Of a stretch of 64,000 nucleotides of DNA, positions 56,344-64,000 are shown piece by piece (the first letter of the stretch is position 1; each line of letters opens with the position of its first letter). A model generated the notes under the pieces. The model was not told the origin of the DNA, did not search any database, and worked only from the letters and a program-made list of their open reading frames with translations. The stretch comes from Candidatus Sericytochromatia bacterium (GTDB lineage Bacteria; Cyanobacteriota; Sericytochromatia; S15B-MN24; UBA4093): NCBI GenBank assembly GCA_036676985.1, contig JAKFBU010000001.1:96001-160000 (forward strand), given 5' to 3'. The position numbers and the translations under genes are program-made.

Positions 56344-57897
56344 CTAGGGAACCTGCTGGGGCTCGGCATGCGGGGTGTAGAGGGTCACGCGGTTGCGTCC
56401 CTCCCGCTTGGAGCGATAAAGCGCCTGGTCGGCGAACTCCATCAGAGCCTCGTCGCTGGAGGCATGGTCGGGGATCGTCGCCACGCCGATGGAGACGGCG
56501 ACGTGCAGGACCTCGCCGTTGGGTCCAGGGAGATCCGTCGCCTCGATGGCTTGGCGGATGCGCTCGGCGAGCAGCATGGCCCCTTCCTGGCCCGTCTCGG
56601 GCATGAGCACCATCATCTCCTCGCCGCCGTAGCGGGCGGGGATGTCCAGGTCCTCGCGGACGCTCTTGCGGATGACGGCCGCCACCAGCTTGAGGACCTC
56701 GTCCCCCGTGGCATGGCCGTAGGTGTCGTTGAACTTCTTGAAGAAGTCGATGTCGATCATCATGAGGCTCAGCGGGCTGCCGTAGCGCAGGGCGCGCCGC
56801 GTCTCCTCGCCGAAGCGCTGCTCGAAGTGGCGCCGGATGTAGAGCTTGGTCAGGCCGTCGACGGTCGCGAGCTCGTAGAGGCGCGCGTTCTCCATGGAGG
56901 CCGCGGCCTGGCCCGCCAAGGCCGAGAGGAGCTGGCGATCGCCCTCCGAGAAGCTGCCCAGCCCGAGCCCGGCCTCCTTGTCGAAGACCGCGAGCACGCC
57001 GACCACGCGATCGCGCGCCTTGATGGGCACGGCCAGGCAGTTGAAGCTGTCGAGCTCCGCGGGGATCATGAGCGGGCTGTCCCAGATCTGGCCCTCGCCG
57101 GAGGACACCACGTCCTCGAGCCAGAGCTCATGGGACTTGAAGCGCTTGCCCACGGGCCAGTAGGTGAAGCCGCAGGCCGCCTCCAGCTCGAACTCGTCGG
57201 CGGGCTGGTCGAAGTTGACCAAGATGCCTCGCCGGGCGTTGAGGAGGGCGACGGCGTTGTCCACCAGCTCGCGGGAGATGACGGCCCGGCTCAGGCTGGA
57301 GTGGATGACGCTCGAGATCTCGTGCAGCCGCTCGAGCTCCAGGACCTTGAGGTCCAGGTTGGTCTTGAGCGAGTGGTTGTGCATGGCGACCGCGATCTGC
57401 CGCGCGATGACGCCCAGGAGCTCGCGCTCGGTGATGCTGTAGGCCATCCCTCCGAGCTTGTCGGAGAGCATCAGGAGGCCGTAGAGCTGACCCTTCATGA
57501 CCAGGGGGATCCAGAGGGTCTTCGGCAGGCTCTTGAGGGACTCCTCGTTCTGGATCAGGAACGAGCGCAGCGCCGGCTCCTCCTGGATGGTCTCGGCGTC
57601 GATGGGGGCGTCGTTGCTGAGCCAGAGGCGCTCGGCGTGCTCGTTGAAGTGCAGGCTCGTGCGCTCGTCGAGCCCGATGGCCGCGAGCATGGTCAGGCGC
57701 TTGGTCTCGGGCTGGCACTGGACCACGGCCGCCTTGGAGAGGGCGAAGGTGCCCTTGACCATGCGCAGCACCGTGCGCATGGTCCCTTTCAGGTTCGGAT
57801 TGCTCGTGATCTCGGCGGCCATGTCGCTCAGGCCCGACAAGCAGATCAGCAGGCGGTCCAGGTTCTCGGCGGCGTTCTCGAGGGCGTCCGAATCCAT
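56344..57897 (-). CDS. GAF-GAF-GGDEF diguanylate cyclase
   Basis: Two GAF-like domains; DGLT, DIDFFKKFND.YGH..GD, RYGGEE. Confidence 0.9.
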   Translation of the reverse strand: MDSDALENAAENLDRLLICLSGLSDMAAEITSNPNLKGTMRTVLRMVKGTFALSKAAVVQCQPETKRLTMLAAIGLDERTSLHFNEHAERLWLSNDAPIDAETIQEEPALRSFLIQNEESLKSLPKTLWIPLVMKGQLYGLLMLSDKLGGMAYSITERELLGVIARQIAVAMHNHSLKTNLDLKVLELERLHEISSVIHSSLSRAVISRELVDNAVALLNARRGILVNFDQPADEFELEAACGFTYWPVGKRFKSHELWLEDVVSSGEGQIWDSPLMIPAELDSFNCLAVPIKARDRVVGVLAVFDKEAGLGLGSFSEGDRQLLSALAGQAAASMENARLYELATVDGLTKLYIRRHFEQRFGEETRRALRYGSPLSLMMIDIDFFKKFNDTYGHATGDEVLKLVAAVIRKSVREDLDIPARYGGEEMMVLMPETGQEGAMLLAERIRQAIEATDLPGPNGEVLHVAVSIGVATIPDHASSDEALMEFADQALYRSKREGRNRVTLYTPHAEPQQVP

Positions 57898-57910
57898 GCG
57901 GGTCTCCCGG

Positions 57911-58258
57911 TTAGGCGACGGCGGCGATCGCCTGCTCCTCGGTGTCGGCCAGGGTGGCGAACTGCGCGAGGCCCATGATGGTGAAGGTCTTGGCGATGGT
58001 CTTGGTCAGGCCGCAGAAGGCCAAGGCCCCGTTGATCTCCTGGATCTTCTCGATCACCTCGATGAGGATCGAGATGCCGATCGAGTTGATCACGGTCGAC
58101 TTCTCGAGGTTGATGACGAGCTTCTTGACGCCCTCGCCAACGAGAGCGAGCGCGGTCTCGCCGATCTTCTCGCCGCCCAGGTTGTTGATGTAGCCGTCGG
58201 TGTAGAGGACGGCGTAATCCCCTTCCTTGCGGACCGTAACCGCGAACTGGTTGATCAC
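57911..58258 (-). CDS. STAS anti-sigma factor antagonist (RsbV/SpoIIAA-like)
   Basis: INLEKSTVINSIGISIL with a phosphorylatable Ser; GTG start overlaps the upstream stop. Confidence 0.85.
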   Translation of the reverse strand: MINQFAVTVRKEGDYAVLYTDGYINNLGGEKIGETALALVGEGVKKLVINLEKSTVINSIGISILIEVIEKIQEINGALAFCGLTKTIAKTFTIMGLAQFATLADTEEQAIAAVA

Positions 58259-58713
58259 TGGGAACCTCCCTTTTGCCGAAGCTTCGTCATCGTAATCTGC
58301 GTCCCGGACTCGCCGGAGACGATCTCGACCTTGTCCATGAGGCTCTCGATGAGCAAGAGCCCCCATCCCCGCTTGTAGTCGTCACCCCCCATGACCTTGG
58401 CCGTGATGTCGGGGCGCGGGACCGACCCGGCGTCGAAGCCCTGACCGAAGTCCTGGATGACCAGGGTCAGCTCTTCGGGACGCATCATGAAGCGGATGTA
58501 GACCTTGCTCTCGACCGAGTTGGAGTGCTCGAAGGCGTTGATGCAGGCCTCGATCAGCGCGTGCTTGAGCTCGTCGATCTGATCGCTGTCGAACTCCATG
58601 AGCCGGGCGACGGCCTCGGCGGTCTGCGTCGCCGTCACCTCCATGTCCGGCAGGATGGGAATGGTCAGGGTAACCTCCTGGGGGAGGTCCGAGGTGCCTG
58701 GCTTTTGGTTCAA
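58255..58713 (-). CDS. Anti-sigma factor Ser kinase (RsbW-like)
   Basis: EACINAFEH, DFGQGFD, RGWGLLLIESLMD. Confidence 0.88.
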   Translation of the reverse strand: MNQKPGTSDLPQEVTLTIPILPDMEVTATQTAEAVARLMEFDSDQIDELKHALIEACINAFEHSNSVESKVYIRFMMRPEELTLVIQDFGQGFDAGSVPRPDITAKVMGGDDYKRGWGLLLIESLMDKVEIVSGESGTQITMTKLRQKGGSQ

Positions 58714-58755
58714 CGTCCACCTCCGGCGCGCTGCTCGGCGACACGGGACCTGCGT

Positions 58756-61002
58756 CTAGTCGACCTTTTCGAGCGGCGCGAATCGCAAGTCCAAGACTTT
58801 CTGGCCCAACCCCGGGAACGAGACGGCCAGACATGCCCGCTCGCCCGACCCGATGATCCGGGCGACCACTCCGTGCCCGAAGGACGGGTGTCGCACCTGG
58901 TCTCCGACTTCGAACGGAAGCTCGGTCTGGGGCTGGGAAGGCGCCGCGCGCTTGGCTCGGCCCCTCGCTTCCTCTATGCCCCAATCCTGAGTCCATGAAA
59001 CATCGTTGTCATCGGACCATTCGGCCCAGCGACCGCGCCTCGGGGCCTCCGGCTCCGCCACCACGGCCGTGATGGTGTACAGGAGCTCCTCGGGCACCTC
59101 GGCGAGGAATCGGCTGACCTTGGCTCCCTGCAGCTCGCCGAAGATCATGCGCCGCCGGGCGTGGCTCAAGAAGAGCCTTTGCTCGGCGCGGGTCATGCCC
59201 ACGTAGCAGAGGCGGCGCTCCTCCTCGATCTCGGGCGGGTTGTCGAGCGTGCGCTTGTGGGGGAAGAGCCCCTCCTCGAAGCCGACGAGGAAGACCACCG
59301 GGAACTCGAGGCCCTTGGCCGAGTGCAGGGTCATCAAGGTCAGGCTGTTGCCCTCCTCGGCCTGGTCCAGGTCCGAGACGAGCGCCATCTGCATGAGGAA
59401 GGCTCCCAAGGACGGGTCGTCGCTGCTCTCGCCGAACTGACGGGCCACGGAGACGAACTCCTCCAGGTTCTCCACCCGGGCGCGACCCTCGGTGGTCTGG
59501 TCGCGACGCAAATCCTCCAGGAGGCCGCTCTCCGCGAGCACGCCCTCGAGGAGCTCGTGCACCGGCATGTCGACGCTCTTGCCGAGCCACGACTGGATCC
59601 AGAGTCCGAACTCCTGGAACGCCTTCTTCGGCTTGGGACCCAGGCCCGCGGCGTTGCCCGCGATGGCCGCGAGCAGCATGGAGTGGTTGGCCTCTCGGGC
59701 GGCGGCCTCGAGCTTCTGGAGGCTGGTGGCGCCCAGCCCCCGGCGCGGCACGTTCACGATGCGCTGGAAGGCGGAGTCGTCCGAGGGGTTGAAGATGAGG
59801 CGGAGGTAGGCGATCGCGTCCTTGATCTCGCGCCGCTCGTAGAAGCGCAGCCCCCCGATGAGCCGGTAGGGGATGCCCCAGCGCATGAGCTCGTCCTCGA
59901 AGGCGCGCGACTGGGCGTTGGTACGGTACAGGACGGCGATCTGGCCGTAGTCGAACTCGGGCCTGAGCCGATCGCGGATGGTCTCGACCACCCAGCGGGC
60001 CTCGGCGCGGTCGTCCTCGGCGGCGTAGACCGTGATCTTGTCGCCCTGGGCGTTGTTGGTCCAGAGCTCCTTGGGGTAGCGCTCGGTGTTGTTCTCGATG
60101 ACGGCGTTGGCGGCCGCCAGGATGTTGCCCGTCGAGCGGTAGTTCTCCTCGAGCGTGATCACCGTGGCGTCCGGGAAGTCCTGCTGGAACTGGAGGATGA
60201 TCCGGAAGTCGGCCGCCCGGAACGAGTAGATGCTCTGGTCCACGTCGCCCACCACGCACAGGTTGCGGCTAGCGGCCGAGAGCATGGACACGAGCTGGTA
60301 CTGGGTGTGGTTGGTGTCCTGGTACTCGTCGATCAGGAGGAACTTGAAGCGCTGCTGGTAGCGCGCGAGCACGTCGGAACGGGCCTTGAGCAGCCGTACG
60401 GTGAGCAGCAGCAGGTCGTCGAAGTCGAGCGCGTTCTGGCGCTCCAGCTCGCGCTGGTAGAAGGCGTAGACGTCCGCCACCATGCGCTGGCTGTGGCCCA
60501 TGGCCGCCTCGTGGAAGCCCTCCACGGTCTGACCCCGGCTCTTGGCATGGGAGATCGTCGAGAGCACCGAGCGCGGGTGGTAGGCCTTGTCGTCGAGGCC
60601 CAGGTGCGCCAGCGCGTCCTTGATGATCGTCTGCTGCTCGGAGTCGTCGTAGATGACGAAGTTGCGGCGATAGGGGCCGCCCAGGAGCTCGACGTCCTCG
60701 CGCAGGATGCGCGCGCAGATCGAGTGGAAGGTGCCCACCCACATGCCGGCCATGGGATGGCCGCGCGTGCCCAGATCGGCCGCCTCCAGGAGGGCTCCCA
60801 GGCGGTTCTTCAGCTCCTGGGCGGCCTTGTTGGTGAAGGTGACGGCCAGGATCTCCCAGGGTTTGGCGTGCCCACCCGCGATGAGACGGGCGATCCGGTG
60901 CGTCAGGACCCGGGTCTTGCCGGATCCGGCGCCCGCCAAGATCAGCAAGGGGCCCTGAACGTGCTCGACGGCCGCTAGCTGGGCTGGGTTGAGGGTGGCC
61001 AT
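58756..61002 (-). CDS. pcrA: ATP-dependent DNA helicase PcrA/UvrD
   Basis: AGAGSGKT, DEYQDTN, NYRST, LYRTNAQSR, TLHSAKGLEF, EERRLCYVGMTRA, C-terminal Tudor-like GDQVRHPSFG. Confidence 0.95.
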   Translation of the reverse strand: MATLNPAQLAAVEHVQGPLLILAGAGSGKTRVLTHRIARLIAGGHAKPWEILAVTFTNKAAQELKNRLGALLEAADLGTRGHPMAGMWVGTFHSICARILREDVELLGGPYRRNFVIYDDSEQQTIIKDALAHLGLDDKAYHPRSVLSTISHAKSRGQTVEGFHEAAMGHSQRMVADVYAFYQRELERQNALDFDDLLLLTVRLLKARSDVLARYQQRFKFLLIDEYQDTNHTQYQLVSMLSAASRNLCVVGDVDQSIYSFRAADFRIILQFQQDFPDATVITLEENYRSTGNILAAANAVIENNTERYPKELWTNNAQGDKITVYAAEDDRAEARWVVETIRDRLRPEFDYGQIAVLYRTNAQSRAFEDELMRWGIPYRLIGGLRFYERREIKDAIAYLRLIFNPSDDSAFQRIVNVPRRGLGATSLQKLEAAAREANHSMLLAAIAGNAAGLGPKPKKAFQEFGLWIQSWLGKSVDMPVHELLEGVLAESGLLEDLRRDQTTEGRARVENLEEFVSVARQFGESSDDPSLGAFLMQMALVSDLDQAEEGNSLTLMTLHSAKGLEFPVVFLVGFEEGLFPHKRTLDNPPEIEEERRLCYVGMTRAEQRLFLSHARRRMIFGELQGAKVSRFLAEVPEELLYTITAVVAEPEAPRRGRWAEWSDDNDVSWTQDWGIEEARGRAKRAAPSQPQTELPFEVGDQVRHPSFGHGVVARIIGSGERACLAVSFPGLGQKVLDLRFAPLEKVD

Positions 61003-61166
61003 GCAGTCTCCTTGCGAGAAAGGGAGTAAGCGTGCTATTCTCACGTGACAACCCCTAGTTTATGGGCTCTGGCCGGCCACAGCAAGGTGGCGACACTCTT
61101 AGCGCCCGTCCCTCAGGGGTCAAGCTTCTGCGCAGCAAGATTCGCAAAAAGGGGACTCCCACTCTT

Positions 61167-61679
61167 ATGGACGTCAACACCCAGACCGCCGCGCCCCCCA
61201 CCGTCGACGCCCTGATGGCCGAGCTTCAGACGATTCAGTCGTCCGGCTCCAAGCGCATCGCGATCCTCGGCACCCGTCACATCTCCCTGACGCACCAGCA
61301 GCTCATCGAGATGCTCGCCTACGCGCTGGCCCTCACGGGCAACACGGTGGTCACCTCGGGCGCGGCCGGCACCAACGCCGCCGCCGTCAAGGGCGTGCAG
61401 CGCGCCAACCCGGGCAACCTGCAGGTCATCCTGCCCCAGACGCTCGCGCAGCAGTCGGCCGAGAGCCAGGAGCTCCTGAGCACCCTTCCCAACGTCCGCG
61501 AGCACGCCGAGCGCCGTCTCTTGACGCTGGCGCAGGCCTCGCAGATGTGCAACCAGGAGATCATCGACAACTGCCAGCAGCTCATCTGCTTCCTGTACCA
61601 CTCGAGCCACACCCTGATGGAGTCGGTGAAGTACGCGCAGGAGAAGCACAAGGTCGTCACGAGCTTCTACCTGGACTAG
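61167..61679 (+). CDS. SLOG/DprA-fold protein resembling the cyanobacterial and plastid family
   Basis: ELQTIQSSGSKRIAILGTRH, TSGAAGTNAA, LQVILPQTL, HSSHTL. Confidence 0.7.
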   Translation: MDVNTQTAAPPTVDALMAELQTIQSSGSKRIAILGTRHISLTHQQLIEMLAYALALTGNTVVTSGAAGTNAAAVKGVQRANPGNLQVILPQTLAQQSAESQELLSTLPNVREHAERRLLTLAQASQMCNQEIIDNCQQLICFLYHSSHTLMESVKYAQEKHKVVTSFYLD

Positions 61680-61701
61680 CGGAGTTTCGCGTCCCTTCCA
61701 C

Positions 61702-61744
61702 GACCCGCGCCGGCCTGGCTCAGGCCGGCGCGGGTCCTTTTATT
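61702..61744 (+). terminator. Intrinsic terminator
   Basis: gacccgcgccggcctg-gct-caggccggcgcgggtc followed by cttttatt. Confidence 0.8.
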
Positions 61745-61816
61745 GCGCCCCCTCGGTCCGCCTCAAACGATGGCCGCGTTTGGACCATCGCCCCCCAATA
61801 TGGCTAAGAACGGCTG

Positions 61817-61845
61817 TTGACGGCCAATGCGAGCCGCGCCATACT
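61817..61845 (+). promoter_or_regulatory. Sigma70-like promoter
   Basis: TTGACG-17 nt-CATACT. Confidence 0.55.
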
Positions 61846-61899
61846 TTCACAAAAGTTTACGTTGGAGGCGCTGGACCAACGGACAGGGGGACAACAGCC

Positions 61900-62199
61900 A
61901 TGACCTATCAATTCTCGATCTACAGCCGGGCGGAGGCCATGTTGTTGATGGAGCTGGCCCATGAGCACCGGAGTGAGGTCGTGACGCGGTGCCGCGAGAC
62001 GAACTTCTTCACGGAGGTCTCGGTCCACCCCGAGTACACGCAGCTGCAGGACTACTTCGACTACATGCTGCACCGGCTGCGCGAGCGCCAGCGGCAGCTG
62101 GAGGCGATCTACCGCCGCAGCCCGACCGAGAAGCCTCCCGTGTCCGCGCAGGCGCCCGCGGATCCCTACCGGGTCTGGCAGAACCACGTGATCCTCTGA
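61900..62199 (+). CDS. Small hypothetical protein
   Basis: Own promoter and AGGGGG RBS; followed by the hairpin agtgggacaggc..gcctgtcccact. Confidence 0.65.
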   Translation: MTYQFSIYSRAEAMLLMELAHEHRSEVVTRCRETNFFTEVSVHPEYTQLQDYFDYMLHRLRERQRQLEAIYRRSPTEKPPVSAQAPADPYRVWQNHVIL

Positions 62200-62241
62200 T
62201 GTGCTGGAAGTGGGACAGGCCTCTGCGCCTGTCCCACTGAC

Positions 62242-63471
62242 TTACTGAATCACCCCGCGCCGCTCGACCCAGTCGGTGCCGAGCTGGATCGTGAACTCGG
62301 TGCTGCCCACCCCGGCGACGATCACGTCCCCGTTGCCCAAGAGCTCCTGCAGGCGCTGAGCTCCCTCGCGATCGCCCCGACCCGAGATGACGTGCGATCG
62401 CTCCGCGGGCTCCGCCCGCCGGATGTCGGCCACCCGGTACCCCGCCGCCTCCAGCTGCCGCAGGAAGTCCCGCAGCGCGCTCCGAGGCAAGCCCGTCCGG
62501 TTCTCGACGGTAACCTGCGGCGTCCGGAACTCCGCGGTCGCTGCCGGCTCCTTGTGGAAGTGCCGCACCAGGAAGCTGTCGACCGCCCCGACGTCCGCCA
62601 TCCAGTACCACACCCCGCTCGACGAGTCGTCGCGGCCGGGCAGGTAGGTCATCTCGATGTCGTTGGCCCCGATCTGCTTGAAGAACTGGGCCAGGCGCAC
62701 GACCTCGACGGCGGTGAGGTCCGTCTTGGCGTACTCCTTGAGGGTCGACCACATGGCCGGCACCTTCAAGAGGTGGGCAGGCGTCAACAGCTGACGCGAG
62801 AACTCCATCAAAAAGGCTTGCTGCCGCTGAACCCGCCCGATGTCCCCCTGGTCGTCGTGCCGGAAGCGCAGGTAGCTCTCGACCTCGGCGCCCGTCAAGT
62901 GCTGGCGCCCCTTCTGGAAGTCGATGTGCAGGTTGCCCGCGTAGTCGTGGTACTCGACCCGCTTGGGGATGGTGACCTGGACCCCGCCGATGGCATCCAC
63001 CAGGGCGCGCACCCCGCGCAGGTTCAGGAGCAGGTAGCGGTCGATCGGCACGTCAAGGAAGCGCTCCACGGTTGACTTGGCGAGCTCGGGGCCACCGTAG
63101 GCGTTGGCGGCGTTGACCTTGAAGTGGCCGTGCCCCTCGATGGCCACCCGGGTGTCACGCGGGATGGCGAGCACGCCCACCTTCTTCTCGGCGGGATTCA
63201 CGTGGACCAGGAGCATGGAGTCCGTGTTGCTGTCCAGGGACTTGCGCCCCTCGCCACCCATGGCGTCGGTGGCCATGACGAGGATGGTCTGCTCTCGGGG
63301 CTGCAGCGGCGTGGCGCGGGTCACCACCGGGGCTATGCTGGCCGGGGCGGGCGCGGGGGCCTGCGTCGCCTGGCCCGCATACAGGCCGACCAGGCCGCCC
63401 ACCACGAGACCCGTGAGGGCGAAAGCCGCCAGCTTGCGGCGCTTGAGGCGAGGCTTGCCTTGTCCTGTCAT
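62242..63471 (-). CDS. LytR-CpsA-Psr (LCP) family protein with a LytR C-terminal domain
   Basis: TM anchor; TDSMLL, IPRDTRV, KVNAA, YLRFRH, DIGRVQRQQ. Confidence 0.9.
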   Translation of the reverse strand: MTGQGKPRLKRRKLAAFALTGLVVGGLVGLYAGQATQAPAPAPASIAPVVTRATPLQPREQTILVMATDAMGGEGRKSLDSNTDSMLLVHVNPAEKKVGVLAIPRDTRVAIEGHGHFKVNAANAYGGPELAKSTVERFLDVPIDRYLLLNLRGVRALVDAIGGVQVTIPKRVEYHDYAGNLHIDFQKGRQHLTGAEVESYLRFRHDDQGDIGRVQRQQAFLMEFSRQLLTPAHLLKVPAMWSTLKEYAKTDLTAVEVVRLAQFFKQIGANDIEMTYLPGRDDSSSGVWYWMADVGAVDSFLVRHFHKEPAATAEFRTPQVTVENRTGLPRSALRDFLRQLEAAGYRVADIRRAEPAERSHVISGRGDREGAQRLQELLGNGDVIVAGVGSTEFTIQLGTDWVERRGVIQ

Positions 63472-63794
63472 GAGCGAAGGACCCCCTGGCGATCCGGACG
63501 TACCACCGTGACGTAGTAAACGATGGCCCCCGCGGGGACCAGCAGCAGGATCAGGACGAGGTAGCCGAGGCGCGTCGCCTCGGCCGGAAAGGGCCGTCTC
63601 AGGACGTCGAGGAGCTGCGCCCACATGAAGCCGGCCAGACTGGCCACACCGAGCACGAGCGCGACGGCGCTCAGCCCGAAGGCCGGGTCGGTCCCGAGGC
63701 GCCCCGACACGAGGCCGGCGAAGGCCACCGCGTACAGGAGGGTCGCCAGTCCAACCCCGAGCAGCAGGACATCCAGAGGACGAAACCGTCTCAT
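63468..63794 (-). CDS. Small membrane protein (PLDc N-terminal-like)
   Basis: Three TM segments; QLLDVLRR..F...LILLLVPAGAIVYY; overlaps the LCP start. Confidence 0.55.
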   Translation of the reverse strand: MRRFRPLDVLLLGVGLATLLYAVAFAGLVSGRLGTDPAFGLSAVALVLGVASLAGFMWAQLLDVLRRPFPAEATRLGYLVLILLLVPAGAIVYYVTVVRPDRQGVLRS

Positions 63795-64000
63795 GTCGGC
63801 ACCTCGCCTGAATCGCAGCCATTGAAACACGACCCGGCCCGCCCTTCAATAGCCGATGTGCCCAATCTTCGAGCGAGCCGGCGGGCGACGGGCATCCGAG
63901 CCGGGCAAGCGGGGGGTCTAGGCGGGACCCCCGACGGGTATAAGGGCATGAGGAGCGACGCGGCCGCCCGGCCCGGCTCCCCTCGTCTCGGAGTGCTGGC

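Overview
High-GC bacterial chromosomal window of about 50 genes, with no integrase, transposase or CRISPR array. Housekeeping content includes trpC/trpF, prmA, a SAM-I riboswitch-controlled metH-yitJ operon, leuS, an FtsH-type protease, tRNA-Leu(CAA), motAB, hppA, pcrA and an LCP protein. A cyanobacterial-type SLOG protein and many unusual lipoproteins suggest a non-photosynthetic relative of Cyanobacteria such as Sericytochromatia; this is inference only. The strongest candidate for a new system is at 23855-25477: a Pro-rich precursor with nine K-x-x-x-D-D-P cores, 9 nt upstream of a graspetide-type ATP-grasp ligase with a DFR motif. This looks like a multi-core, probably Lys-Asp macrolactam RiPP locus, and an aminopeptidase C gene follows it. 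Other notable signals: (1) a 5-kb cargo segment flanked by a 73-bp duplication of the pepC 3' end and carrying paired 26-bp palindromic operators; (2) a TMEM260/DUF2723 + GT-C + GT2 glycosylation cluster near an operon of IPT/Ig lipoproteins that may form a surface filament; (3) a GluRS paralog lacking HIGH and KMSKS; (4) an attenuator-like leader before hppA; (5) a structured intergenic RNA candidate; (6) a REP-flanked 5x35-bp tandem array.
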